Origin: Spirochaetota bacterium
Lineage (GTDB): Bacteria; Spirochaetota; UBA4802; UB4802
Direction: 5' to 3'
Assembly (NCBI GenBank): GCA_040756435.1
Contig: JBFLZD010000006.1
Span: 26,145 to 90,144 of the forward strand
DNA: 64,000 nucleotides
A program made the translations under genes and the position numbers. The notes under the pieces are model-generated. The model was given only the letters and a program-made list of their open reading frames with translations. It was not told the DNA's origin and ran no database searches. This document shows positions 1-10,085 of the stretch, in pieces (the stretch's first letter is position 1; each line of letters starts with the position of its first letter).

Positions 1-79
1 TAGTAACCCCATTGACTATAGATTGTACGGATTATGACTTTATAGATCGATTGAAAACAAGAGAGATAACAAATCATAT

Positions 80-772
80 ATGGAAGAATTAGACATACAC
101 AAACAGATTACAGCATTGCTTGATCAGGTCACCCATCTTCTTAATTATAAAAAGGATTTTGCTCACGCTAAAAATACCTTGCATAAGCTTGAATCAATGG
201 ATGCAGAAAACCCTGTAGTATTGTACAATTTAGCAATTGTCTGTATTCATTTGCAGGATTATGAAGGCGCTATTGATTACCTGAAGCGGTGTATGTCATT
301 GCCGATGACATTTATAGATATACGACAGGTTCGTAAGGTGTATATATTTGCATTATTGCAGAAAGGGGATTATGACAAGGCTTTAGATGAATTGCAGCAA
401 CAAAATGACCAGGATGATGCTATTATCCAGATGAAGGCATTTGCACTTGAGAAAAAGGGTAACTATCGCCAGGCTTTGCAGCTGTATGAAAGGATACTTG
501 AACATAACCCTGATAATGTGAATGCCTGCAATGCTATAGCGTATATTTGGGCACTTATCCCAAATGGTAATCTGAGTAAGGCTTTGGAAATGGCTAAAAA
601 AGCAGTATCCCATGCTCCCAACAATGCAGCATATAACGATACATTGGGGTATGTTTATTACAAAAGAGGGGAATATAATCTGGCAAAAAAATTTCTAAAA
701 AAAGCTCTTTCACTTAAGCCTGATAATAGTGAAATACGCAAGCATATTGATGAATTGCTGAACATTAGCTAA
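80..772 (+). CDS. TPR-repeat protein
   Basis: 230-aa ORF built of tandem 34-residue TPR-like units (e.g. VLYNLAIVCIHLQDYEGAIDYLKR, AYNDTLGYVYYKRGEYNLAKKFLKKAL); no signal peptide. Confidence 0.8.
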   Translation: MEELDIHKQITALLDQVTHLLNYKKDFAHAKNTLHKLESMDAENPVVLYNLAIVCIHLQDYEGAIDYLKRCMSLPMTFIDIRQVRKVYIFALLQKGDYDKALDELQQQNDQDDAIIQMKAFALEKKGNYRQALQLYERILEHNPDNVNACNAIAYIWALIPNGNLSKALEMAKKAVSHAPNNAAYNDTLGYVYYKRGEYNLAKKFLKKALSLKPDNSEIRKHIDELLNIS

Positions 773-914
773 GGCAAATGATTATACCTAAAATTTTAAT
801 TATAAAATAGAAGAAGCTGACTGTGCTATATAGTACCGATAAAAAAGCTACTGTAAAGTGTTCTTATTACAGTAAAGTGTTGAATTATAACAATATTAAA
901 ATTATAAAAAGTTG

Positions 915-943
915 TTGACGCAAAAAAGTATGCTATGTATAAC
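915..943 (+). promoter_or_regulatory. sigma70-like promoter candidate
   Basis: TTGACG (915-920), 17-nt spacer, TATAAC (938-943), about 100 nt upstream of the small ORF/TetR pair. Confidence 0.4.
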
Positions 944-1044
944 GTTTATAGTAAAGAATCTTTTTTTATATAAAATAATGAAAATGTTAACGATATGTAT
1001 AATAAGGATAGATGATTATCGAAAATAAAAGGAATATATAGTAT

Positions 1045-1152
1045 ATGAGTAAAGAATTGCAGGAAAAAGCTGAAAGAATGATTAAGGAACTTCAGGAAGC
1101 TTTGCAACCAATCAAAGAAGAATTGCTTCGTGTAAAAGGTGAAATTAAATAG
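1045..1152 (+). CDS. 35-aa charged coiled-coil-like small ORF (hypothetical)
   Basis: Not in the ORF track (<60 aa). ATG 1045 to TAG 1150-1152 reads MSKELQEKAERMIKELQEALQPIKEELLRVKGEIK. Weak AAAGGA upstream; ends 23 nt before the TetR start. Confidence 0.3.
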   Translation: MSKELQEKAERMIKELQEALQPIKEELLRVKGEIK

Positions 1153-1175
1153 AATTTATTTAAAGGGGTATACAG

Positions 1176-1784
1176 ATGCCAGCAAAAGGACAAAAACGGC
1201 GACAACAAATTGTAGATATTGCTAAAAAGATGTTTATAGAGAAGGGTTTCCAGAGTACCCATATAGGGCAGGTCTGTGAAGAATTGAATATTGCCCGGGG
1301 GACAGTATATCAGTATTTTGGTAATAAAAGAGAAATCCTCTATGCAATTATGGAATCTATTGAAGAAACTATTGATGATATTCTTGATCCTGATGATCTC
1401 AGGGATCTTTTAAAAGACAATCCATCACAGAAGGATATAATCAAATTCAATACTGATAGGATAACTGAATGTATCAAGGCTATTTTAAGTGAGCCAATCG
1501 TAATTAAGCTCATATTTAAAGATATTGTAGGCATAGATGAAGAGGTAATTGAACGTGTTGACCAGTTTTTAAAACATTTGATTAATATTGTTTCTCGGGA
1601 TATAGAAGAGATAAAGAAAAAAGGCCTTTACAAGAAGACGCTAAATTCAGAAATTACTGCAATTATGCTTATTGGCTCGGTAATGTTTTTGGTATACCAG
1701 TTTGATAAGGAAAAAAAGGATGTTACTGACAAAGAGGTTATTAATTCACTGGTGACACATTATTTCAGTGGTGTATTGAAATAG
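1176..1784 (+). CDS. TetR/AcrR family transcriptional regulator
   Basis: N-terminal TetR HTH signature (IVDIAKKMFIEKGFQSTHIGQVCEELNIARGTVYQYFGNKREIL); 202 aa; GGGG SD upstream. Confidence 0.9.
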   Translation: MPAKGQKRRQQIVDIAKKMFIEKGFQSTHIGQVCEELNIARGTVYQYFGNKREILYAIMESIEETIDDILDPDDLRDLLKDNPSQKDIIKFNTDRITECIKAILSEPIVIKLIFKDIVGIDEEVIERVDQFLKHLINIVSRDIEEIKKKGLYKKTLNSEITAIMLIGSVMFLVYQFDKEKKDVTDKEVINSLVTHYFSGVLK

Positions 1785-1812
1785 TACTTTTACTATGATA
1801 TGTCCTTTATAT

Positions 1813-1839
1813 CCCGGCCCAGGAGGGTCGGGTTTTTTT
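1813..1839 (+). terminator. Rho-independent terminator
   Basis: CCCGGCCC-AGGA-GGGTCGGG hairpin (one G:U pair) followed by TTTTTTT, 29 nt after the TetR stop. Confidence 0.8.
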
Positions 1840-1900
1840 ATTGATTATAAATCTGCACTATTTTACTGTAACCTGACTATACTATGATGGTGTCATCTTT

Positions 1901-3178
1901 ATGAAGAAAATAAGTATTGTAGTAGCTTTTGTTTTTATTGCCTATACGGTAAGTTTTGCAAGTGATGAATGTATTACGGCACTTGCGAATAATGTAGAAG
2001 ATAGTTATATTGACCTTTCTGATGAATGCATCCTGAAATTGAAAGAGTTAATTGTCAAAGGGAAAGATAACGATCAAAAGATACAGGCATTACAGGTATT
2101 GAAAAAAAGTAAAGTACGAACTAATATAGAATTTTTTAAGGATATATTGCATTCAGTACATTCAATAACAGTACAGCAAATGGTTATTGAAATACTATCT
2201 GATATGCATGATAAAAAAGTGTTGCCGGTGATAATTGAATTTTTGCCATCACCATTTTTTGCAGTGAGGGAATCAGTCATACTGGCGCTAAAAAAGAATG
2301 GTGATGATAGAATGTACCCGTATATTATCCGTTTAGCCATAAGTGATGATGTTATCCAGAGAATATATGCATTAGAAGCGCTGTACCATCTCTATGACAA
2401 TAGGTTTTATGAAATTATTGTCAGGCTTCTTCAGGATAACAATAAATCGGTGCGGTATTTTGCCCTTGATTGTGTTGTCCATAATGAAATCAGCGCTGCT
2501 TTGCCATATGTGCGCTCGATTGCCTCAAATGATGAAAATGAGGAAGTACGGGTAAAAGCTATAAATGTTTTATCAGCTTTGCATGATAGGATAGCATATT
2601 ATATTTTTGTCCGTGCACTATCAGATTATTCTGATCTTGTGCGGGATGCTGCAGTTGATGCTCTGTCAGTCTTTCTATCTAAAGAAAGTACTATATATTT
2701 ATCACGGCAGTTGTTAACTGAACGAGAAGTTTATATAAAACGAAAGATAATAAAAGCACTTATAAATGCTAAAAATTTAGGTGATATGAGGGGATTACAA
2801 CATATTGTGCACAATGAAGAAAACAGAAGCTTGCGCATTTATGCAGTCTATGCCTTGGGGGTAATACGTGATGAACGCACACTACCGCTGATTATAGAGT
2901 CATTAGATGATGAAGATTTTAGAATACGCGCAGAGGCTGCAGCTGCCCTATCACAGTTTAAAGGTAAAAATGTAGTGATTTCGTTGCTTGAGTATTACCC
3001 AAAAGAAAAGGAAGTATATGTCAAAACAGCAATTATTTTCTCTTTAAAAAGAATATGTGATGCAGGTTCATTACAAAAATTATTTATTATTTACACACAG
3101 GAACAGGATCTGGTTTTGAAAATGATTTTAAGCAACACTATTCAGCATATCATTACAAGAAACATACGACAATATTAG
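1901..3178 (+). CDS. secreted HEAT-repeat (PBS-lyase-like) protein
   Basis: Signal peptide MKKISIVVAFVFIAYTVSFA; repeated units of the form xxVRxxAxxALxxL (e.g. NEEVRVKAINVLSAL, SDLVRDAAVDALSVF, DFRIRAEAAAALSQF). Confidence 0.75.
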   Translation: MKKISIVVAFVFIAYTVSFASDECITALANNVEDSYIDLSDECILKLKELIVKGKDNDQKIQALQVLKKSKVRTNIEFFKDILHSVHSITVQQMVIEILSDMHDKKVLPVIIEFLPSPFFAVRESVILALKKNGDDRMYPYIIRLAISDDVIQRIYALEALYHLYDNRFYEIIVRLLQDNNKSVRYFALDCVVHNEISAALPYVRSIASNDENEEVRVKAINVLSALHDRIAYYIFVRALSDYSDLVRDAAVDALSVFLSKESTIYLSRQLLTEREVYIKRKIIKALINAKNLGDMRGLQHIVHNEENRSLRIYAVYALGVIRDERTLPLIIESLDDEDFRIRAEAAAALSQFKGKNVVISLLEYYPKEKEVYVKTAIIFSLKRICDAGSLQKLFIIYTQEQDLVLKMILSNTIQHIITRNIRQY

Positions 3179-3215
3179 GATATTTACAATAGGACACATT
3201 CAAAGGGTAATTATT

Positions 3216-4862
3216 ATGAAGATTGCGATAGCTCAAATTAATCCAATCATTGCAGATATTGAGGGGAATTGTAATAAGATTTCTCATTTTGTTACTCTTG
3301 CAAAAGAAAAGGGAGCAGATTTAGTTATTTTCCCTGAGATGGCTACAATTGGGTACCCTCCTATGGATTTATTGGAGCATAAAAAACTCATTGATGATAA
3401 TCTTAGGGCATTAGAGGCAATAGCTCCTTTAAGCAGTAATTGCGGTATTATTTGCGGATATGTAGATTATAATTATGATAATCCTCCAATGCTGTATAAT
3501 GCTGCAGCCTTTATGTATGATGGGAAAATACAGTCAAAGCATTATAAAACACTCCTTCCCACCTATGATGTATTTGATGAATTACGATACTTTTCACCTG
3601 CACCATCTCAGGAGATAATTACCTATAAAGGAATTAATATTGGTGTTACCATATGTGAAGATATATGGAATGACATGAGCCTGAGCGAGGATATGTTTAT
3701 GGAGTTCAGGCACTATGCTGTTGATCCCATTGAAAACTGTATTAAAAAAGGTGCTCATGTACTGGTAAATATTTCAGCATCCCCGTATGTAAAGGGGAAA
3801 AATTCAATAAAATGGACTAAAATCCAGCATGTTGCCAAAAAACATAAGGTGCCTGTAATCTATGTCAATCAGGTTGGGGGTAATGATAGCCTTATATTTG
3901 ATGGGAACAGTTTTGTTATTGATAAAAAGGGGAATTTTATACTCAAAGCTAAAGATTTTCAGGAAGATTGCATTGTGTTTGATACAGAAAAAGAATATAT
4001 GCACATAAGCTGTGAGGAGGATTTCATTGCTGACATTGAGAAAGCACTCATTCTAGGCATACGGGATTATGTATATAAATCGGGATTTAAAAAAGTTGTC
4101 ATAGGTTTAAGTGGCGGAATTGACTCGGCATTGACAGCATGTCTGGCTGTTAAGGCTTTAGGACCCAAAAATGTGTTGGGGATTACCATGCCATCCAAAT
4201 TCTCTTCAAAGGGAAGTGTTGATGATTCAGTAGCTTTGGCACACAATTTAGGAATAGATATCCATACTATTCCCATAAAAAATCTTTTTGAAACCTATAT
4301 CCATGAGTTAAATCCCTTCTTTAAAGACTTACCATTTGATATTGCAGAAGAGAATATACAGGCACGAATACGTGGAAATATATTGATGGCATTCAGCAAC
4401 AAATTTGGTATGATGTTACTCACCACGGGAAATAAATCGGAATTATCAATGGGCTACTGTACCCTATATGGTGACATGGCAGGTGGCCTTGCAGTGCTTT
4501 CTGATGTGCCAAAGACTCTGGTTTATGCACTATCCTATTATATTAACAAAGATAAAGAGATAATACCCAAATCAATACTTGAAAAAGCACCATCTGCAGA
4601 GTTACGTGAAAATCAGAAAGATCAGGATTCACTGCCTCCGTATGAGGTACTAGACCAGATTATTGAACGATATGTGGAATTGAAAATGAGTGCAGAACAG
4701 ATTATTGGCGATGGGTTTGATCCTGACATAGTATATTCTGTGTTGCGAACTATCGACCGAAATGAATATAAGCGAAAACAGGCGCCAGTAGGATTAAAGG
4801 TAACCACCAAGGCTTTTGGTGTTGGAAGGCGAATACCCATTGTTCAGAGATTCAAGCATTGA
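3216..4862 (+). CDS. nadE: glutamine-dependent NAD+ synthetase
   Basis: N-terminal nitrilase/CN-hydrolase domain (FPEMATIGYPP, ICEDIW) plus C-terminal NAD synthetase domain with PP-loop SGGIDS; 548 aa. Confidence 0.93.
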   Translation: MKIAIAQINPIIADIEGNCNKISHFVTLAKEKGADLVIFPEMATIGYPPMDLLEHKKLIDDNLRALEAIAPLSSNCGIICGYVDYNYDNPPMLYNAAAFMYDGKIQSKHYKTLLPTYDVFDELRYFSPAPSQEIITYKGINIGVTICEDIWNDMSLSEDMFMEFRHYAVDPIENCIKKGAHVLVNISASPYVKGKNSIKWTKIQHVAKKHKVPVIYVNQVGGNDSLIFDGNSFVIDKKGNFILKAKDFQEDCIVFDTEKEYMHISCEEDFIADIEKALILGIRDYVYKSGFKKVVIGLSGGIDSALTACLAVKALGPKNVLGITMPSKFSSKGSVDDSVALAHNLGIDIHTIPIKNLFETYIHELNPFFKDLPFDIAEENIQARIRGNILMAFSNKFGMMLLTTGNKSELSMGYCTLYGDMAGGLAVLSDVPKTLVYALSYYINKDKEIIPKSILEKAPSAELRENQKDQDSLPPYEVLDQIIERYVELKMSAEQIIGDGFDPDIVYSVLRTIDRNEYKRKQAPVGLKVTTKAFGVGRRIPIVQRFKH

Positions 4863-4863
4863 A

Positions 4864-5517
4864 TTACCACCTGTGCACAGGCCAGCCTTTCAAGCGAGCT
4901 AGTTTTAATAAGGCTGGCTGTGGATTGACACATTGAGGAAATCCCACAGCTTCCAGAACAGGTATATCGGCAATAGAATCAGCATAGTAATAAGTAGATT
5001 TGATGTCTACGCTATGATTTGTGCAAAACTGAATGGCTCTATTAAGTTTTTCTATCCCGTAACAGTAATTGCCTTTTATTGAACCGGTGTAGTAACCATT
5101 GTTTACTTCCAGCTCAGTACATAGAACATCATCAAAGTGAAGATGTTTCATTACCGGTTTACATATAAAATCAAGAGATGCAGAAAGTAATACAATGGAT
5201 GCTCCCTTAGCTTTATGCATATACATTGATTCAAGAGCCTGAGGATAAATGTAATGTTTTACTGTCTCTTCAAAAAATATTTCAGAATACTGTTCTATGG
5301 TTTTGGCTTCCATTCCTTTTAATCTTCTAACCCAATTTGTTATTAATGATTGTGTATTGATAATGCCTGATTTATAGAACAATGAGAGTATGATACCATT
5401 AATAAGAGATAATAATGGTATCATACCTCTTTTATAAAGGTCCCTGACGATAAGTGTACCTGAACTTGATGCAAGGATGGTATGATCAAGGTCATAAAAG
5501 GCAATATAGTCGCTCAT
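4864..5517 (-). CDS. HAD-IB family hydrolase (SerB/PSPase-like)
   Basis: Motif I FYDLDHT and distal motif YADSIADIPVLE. I place the start at the internal ATG 5517 (MSDYIAFYDLDHT), preceded by AAAAGGAGAA. The longer track ORF to 5754 would overlap the pyrB start. Confidence 0.85.
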   Translation of the reverse strand: MSDYIAFYDLDHTILASSSGTLIVRDLYKRGMIPLLSLINGIILSLFYKSGIINTQSLITNWVRRLKGMEAKTIEQYSEIFFEETVKHYIYPQALESMYMHKAKGASIVLLSASLDFICKPVMKHLHFDDVLCTELEVNNGYYTGSIKGNYCYGIEKLNRAIQFCTNHSVDIKSTYYYADSIADIPVLEAVGFPQCVNPQPALLKLARLKGWPVHRW

Positions 5518-5662
5518 ATATTCTCCTTTTTTAGGATGTACACTGAGATCACAAGTGTATAGTGTATGCATAATAGTGCAATCAAAAATATATTTAAAAA
5601 AATTATTGAAAATATTTATGCTATTTGGGATGATATATAACAAATAAAAGGTAATACAGGAT

Positions 5663-6610
5663 ATGAGTGGTTTACAAAGAAAAGACTTACTGGATATACA
5701 ATCATTAACTACCGAAGAAATTTTATTAATATGTAACTCTGCAAAATATTTCAAGGCCCTTTTTACGCGATCAATTAAAACAGTGCCAATTTTACGAGGT
5801 AAGACTGTTTGCCTTTTATTTTATGAGCCCTCAACTCGCACACGCATAAGTTTTGAGCTGGCAGCAAAACGCCTTTCAGCAGATTTAATAAATATTGCGG
5901 TGCAAACATCAAGCGTGGTAAAAGGAGAATCTCTGATTGATACTGTGCATACGCTGGAAGCGTATAAAGCAGATTTTATTGTTATGCGTCATGCGGCCTC
6001 ATTAGCGCCGCATTTTTTATCTCGTAATATAAAATCATCAGTGATTAATGCAGGGGATGGCAACCATGCTCATCCAACGCAAGCTCTGCTGGATGCATAC
6101 TCACTGATGGAAATAGTGGGTACTATCAATGGATTGCATATTGGTATTGTGGGTGATATTCTTCATTCACGTGTTGCTCGTTCTGATATTGAGATTTTTA
6201 AGCGATTGGGAGCAAAGGTTAGCCTGATTGGTCCTCCCACGCTGGTTCCTGATGAATTCAGGATGTATGGTGTTGATATTTATTATGAGTTTGATGAAAT
6301 ACTTCCTCATCTTAATGTTATTAACATGTTGCGTATACAGCGTGAACGCCAGCAGGGTTCATTTTTCCCTTCAATACGGGAATACCATAAACGCTTTGCT
6401 TTGACCAAAGAACGCCTTAAACGATGTAAGAAAGATGTTATTGTGATGCATCCCGGACCAATTAACCGGGGTATTGAAATAGACGATGAGGTGGCCGATA
6501 GTTCCCATGCAATAATAAATGAACAGGTCACCAATGGGGTAGCAGTACGGATGGCTATTTTTTATCTTCTTGCAGGCGGAGCTCCACTGGATGAGAAAGA
6601 GGTTGAGTAA
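5663..6610 (+). CDS. pyrB: aspartate carbamoyltransferase catalytic subunit
   Basis: Motifs EPSTRTR, HPTQALLD, HPGPINRG; 315 aa. Confidence 0.96.
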   Translation: MSGLQRKDLLDIQSLTTEEILLICNSAKYFKALFTRSIKTVPILRGKTVCLLFYEPSTRTRISFELAAKRLSADLINIAVQTSSVVKGESLIDTVHTLEAYKADFIVMRHAASLAPHFLSRNIKSSVINAGDGNHAHPTQALLDAYSLMEIVGTINGLHIGIVGDILHSRVARSDIEIFKRLGAKVSLIGPPTLVPDEFRMYGVDIYYEFDEILPHLNVINMLRIQRERQQGSFFPSIREYHKRFALTKERLKRCKKDVIVMHPGPINRGIEIDDEVADSSHAIINEQVTNGVAVRMAIFYLLAGGAPLDEKEVE

Positions 6611-7884
6611 TGAAATTGTTAATTAAATATGGCAGATTAATTGACCCTGCTTCACAAACTGATGAAGAATTTGATATTCTTGTTGCAGACGGCAAAATAG
6701 TTACGATAGATAAGAATATTAAAAAGGATGAAGCACAGCTTATTAATGCAAAGGATTGCATTGTGGTTCCCGGGCTGGTGGATATGCATGTCCATTTCAG
6801 AGAACCTGGCCGTGAGGATGTTGAAACTATTATAGGAGGCTCCAGAGTTGCAGCTAAATCAGGGTACACCAGTGTATGTACCATGCCAAATACAAGTCCC
6901 GTGATTGATAATCAGGCGCTTGTACGATATATAAAAAAGCAGGCAGAATCGGGGCCAATTAATGTTTATCCTGTTGCAGCTATAACGAAAGGTTCAATGG
7001 GTGAAGAACTTACTGAAATGGGTGAGCTGGTTGAAGGTGGTGCAATAGCATTCAGTGATGATGGTAAACCCGTTATGAACTCAACCACCATGAGGCGCGC
7101 ATTAGAGTATTCAAGGATGTTTAACGTTCCCATTATAACGCATGCAGAGGATATCACATTATCTGGTGGTGGGATAATGAACGAAGGGAACAATTCAATA
7201 TTTTTGGGTTTAAAAGGAATCCCCCGTGAAGCTGAAGAGATTATGATTGCACGTGATGTATTGCTTACACGTTTAACAAAAGGGAGATTGCATGTAGCTC
7301 ATGTTTCATCCAAAGGTTCACTGGATATTATTGCCATGGCCAAACGGAATAATATACAGGTAACCTGTGAGACAGCACCGCATTATTTTTCACTGACCGA
7401 TGATGCCATAGCGGAACATCTTTCCATGGCAAAAATGAACCCGCCATTACGTACAGAAGAAGATAGAAAGGCAATTATTGAAGGATTGCGCAATGGCTTA
7501 ATTGAAGTAATTGCCACCGACCATGCTCCTCATCTTCACAATGAAAAGATGCAGGAGATAGCATTTGCACCGTTTGGCATTATAGGGCTTGAAACAGCAG
7601 TGCCATTAATTATTACTGTACTTGTCAAAGAGAACGGTTTTAGCTTCATACAGGCATTTGAAAAAGTTACTATAAATCCCTGTAAGATTTTAGGCATTGA
7701 TAGAGGGTATATTAAAGAAGGCGCGGTTGCAGATATTACAATTATCAATCCTGATAAAAAAATTACAGTCAATGAAGATTTTATTGTTTCGCGATGTAAG
7801 AATACGCCTTTTATGGGAAAAGAGCTTTTTGGTCAGGTTGAATATACTATCTGCAATGGTGAAATAGTTTATCCCTTTAGCTGA
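6610..7884 (+). CDS. pyrC: dihydroorotase
   Basis: Amidohydrolase motifs VDMHVHFREPG and ATDHAPH; start overlaps the pyrB stop (TAATG). Confidence 0.95.
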   Translation: MKLLIKYGRLIDPASQTDEEFDILVADGKIVTIDKNIKKDEAQLINAKDCIVVPGLVDMHVHFREPGREDVETIIGGSRVAAKSGYTSVCTMPNTSPVIDNQALVRYIKKQAESGPINVYPVAAITKGSMGEELTEMGELVEGGAIAFSDDGKPVMNSTTMRRALEYSRMFNVPIITHAEDITLSGGGIMNEGNNSIFLGLKGIPREAEEIMIARDVLLTRLTKGRLHVAHVSSKGSLDIIAMAKRNNIQVTCETAPHYFSLTDDAIAEHLSMAKMNPPLRTEEDRKAIIEGLRNGLIEVIATDHAPHLHNEKMQEIAFAPFGIIGLETAVPLIITVLVKENGFSFIQAFEKVTINPCKILGIDRGYIKEGAVADITIINPDKKITVNEDFIVSRCKNTPFMGKELFGQVEYTICNGEIVYPFS

Positions 7885-8482
7885 ATAAATCCTGTAATGC
7901 ACGTGCCATTATATAGTAGCCTTCTTCGGTTGGGTGTACGCCATCAAACTGTACAAGTTCCTGTAATGGTGTGCCTTTGTTGACAGTGTTTTTCCAGTAC
8001 TCATGTGTCTTTGATACTGGAAGATTATACTCATCAGCAATAGATAATATTGTATCATATAATTTATACGCATTTTTTGCTTCAGGGAAATCACCAAACC
8101 ATACAGAAGTTAACAGTACTATATCAGATGGCAATTGTGCCTGTATAGCATTGATTATTGCCCGTATGTAGTTACCAAATACATGTGGTGAATACCCGCA
8201 TGCGTAATCATTGAGAGCAAACTGTATAAGCACGCAATCAGGATTGTATGAGATGACATCATACGAAACACGGTGCAATCCGCCATCGGCTGTGTCGCCT
8301 GGTATACCTTTATTGATTATGCTAATTGATGCAGTTGGGTAGTGTGATTTTAAAAAATCATGAAAATAATCAATATATCCCTTATCAACCATCCATCCAT
8401 AGGTTAATGAGTCACCTAAAGCAACGATGGTGACAGCCTGGCCATTTTTAAGTTTTTCAATAGTTTTCAGTGGTTTAATCAT
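7877..8482 (-). CDS. SGNH/GDSL hydrolase family protein
   Basis: Block I ALGDSLTYG, block II GIPGDT, block III ALND, block V DGVHPT. Confidence 0.88.
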   Translation of the reverse strand: MIKPLKTIEKLKNGQAVTIVALGDSLTYGWMVDKGYIDYFHDFLKSHYPTASISIINKGIPGDTADGGLHRVSYDVISYNPDCVLIQFALNDYACGYSPHVFGNYIRAIINAIQAQLPSDIVLLTSVWFGDFPEAKNAYKLYDTILSIADEYNLPVSKTHEYWKNTVNKGTPLQELVQFDGVHPTEEGYYIMARALQDLFS

Positions 8483-8642
8483 GGCTCTCCCACAAATTCC
8501 TTAAAAGATTGTAATGGCTGTATGAAAATTGTCAAGTAGCAAAATGGTATTGGGTGTAGTGTAGCAATGAATTCTTCTTGCAATATTAAAGTTCTACTAT
8601 AGGGTAAGACAAAATTAAAAAATTTTTTAAGAGAGGTACAGG

Positions 8643-9416
8643 ATGGATCTTAACGATAAATGCATACTATTGACAGGTGCTTCATCCGGGATAGGGAAAG
8701 CATTGCTGGAAGAATTAACAAAATACAATACAACAATTGTGGTTGGAGATATTAATCCCGGTGCTATTGCACAAAATAAACATGTAAAAGCAGTACGCTG
8801 TGATGTTAGCAAACAAAAAGATATCGACATGTTGTTTAAAAAAGCACTTGCCATTATGGGGAAAATTGATATCTGCATTGCAAATGCTGGTTTTGCCTAC
8901 TATGAAAAATTACAAAAAGCTGACTACAATCATATCCACAAAATTGTGTCGGTTAATTATATTGCCCCAATTTATTTTCTTGAGAAGATGATGGAGATAA
9001 ATAAAGGAAAAGAAGCATGTATGGTATTTACTGCTTCTGCAATGGCAAAATTACCGTTGCCGGGGTATGCATTATATTCAGCTACCAAAGCTGCTCTTGA
9101 TGGGTTTGCCTATTCATTTAATTTTGAAAAGGAAAAAAACTTTCACCTTGTAGTGGTTTATCCCATAGCAACCAAAACTGAATTTTTTAAAACAGCAGGT
9201 GAGGGAACACCGGTACCTTTTCCCACGCAAACACCACAAGAAGTTGCCCAAGAAGTTATCAAAGGGATTCTGCACAATAAACGGTATGTGTTCCCTTCAA
9301 AAATATTCAGATGCATGATGATTGTAAACAGGATTCTACCGTTTGCCCTGTGGTGTTATGCCAAAGTTGAACAGTATAAATTTAAAAAGTGGCTTGAATC
9401 ATCGGGGCGCAAATAA
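8643..9416 (+). CDS. short-chain dehydrogenase/reductase (SDR)
   Basis: TGASSGIGKA cofactor motif and YSATK (YxxxK) catalytic motif. Confidence 0.9.
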   Translation: MDLNDKCILLTGASSGIGKALLEELTKYNTTIVVGDINPGAIAQNKHVKAVRCDVSKQKDIDMLFKKALAIMGKIDICIANAGFAYYEKLQKADYNHIHKIVSVNYIAPIYFLEKMMEINKGKEACMVFTASAMAKLPLPGYALYSATKAALDGFAYSFNFEKEKNFHLVVVYPIATKTEFFKTAGEGTPVPFPTQTPQEVAQEVIKGILHNKRYVFPSKIFRCMMIVNRILPFALWCYAKVEQYKFKKWLESSGRK

Positions 9417-10082
9417 GTGGACATGGGAATTAACGGTGTCATATTTGACCTGGATGGGACACTTCTGGATACTATAGCAGATTTGGCATACAGTGTAAAC
9501 AGTGTCCTGAAACGTTATGGGTATCGCACACATCCGGTGGAGGAATATAACCAGTTTATTGGTGATGGGATGGCAATGCTCATCCAGCGTGCGGTAGGGG
9601 AAACCTGTTCAGATAAAGATATTACAAAGCTTGTTGCTGAATTGAAAGATGAGTATGCAAAAAACTGGAACAGAGAAACAAAACAGTATCCAGGTGTGTA
9701 TGACCTTTTACAGGAACTATCGCACAAAAAAATCAAGATTTCCGTTTTTTCAAATAAATCACATGAGTTTACTGTAGCAATGGTTGAATACTATTTTTCA
9801 GGTATTGCATTCAGCACAATTTTAGGGCTGCAAGATTCCATCCCCCGCAAGCCTGACCCATATGGTGCACTGCTTATTGCCCGCACCATGCAATTAGAAC
9901 CAACACAGATTGCCATGATTGGTGATTCGGCTACGGACATTGAGATGGCGCATGCATGTGGTATGTATAGCATTGGCGTAAGCTGGGGCTATAGACCTGT
10001 TGCGTTGCTTTTACAGCATCATCCCCATGCAATAGCCCACACGCCTGAAGACATCATACGAATTATCACTTCAGTAACGTAA
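9417..10082 (+). CDS. HAD-IA hydrolase, phosphoglycolate phosphatase-like
   Basis: FDLDGTLLDT motif I and GDSATDIEMA motif IV. Start is either GTG 9417 or ATG 9423. Confidence 0.85.
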   Translation: MDMGINGVIFDLDGTLLDTIADLAYSVNSVLKRYGYRTHPVEEYNQFIGDGMAMLIQRAVGETCSDKDITKLVAELKDEYAKNWNRETKQYPGVYDLLQELSHKKIKISVFSNKSHEFTVAMVEYYFSGIAFSTILGLQDSIPRKPDPYGALLIARTMQLEPTQIAMIGDSATDIEMAHACGMYSIGVSWGYRPVALLLQHHPHAIAHTPEDIIRIITSVT

Positions 10083-10085
10083 TGG

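Noticed and set aside
5518-5754. N-terminal 79-codon extension of the HAD-IB ORF
   Set aside because: It would overlap the pyrB start and promoter region and has low-complexity, non-HAD sequence. An internal ATG with a strong SD directly precedes the DxDxT motif. For the same reason I trimmed the track ORFs starting at 21763, 36267, 38095, 40601, 41515, 51963, 52426 and 56225.
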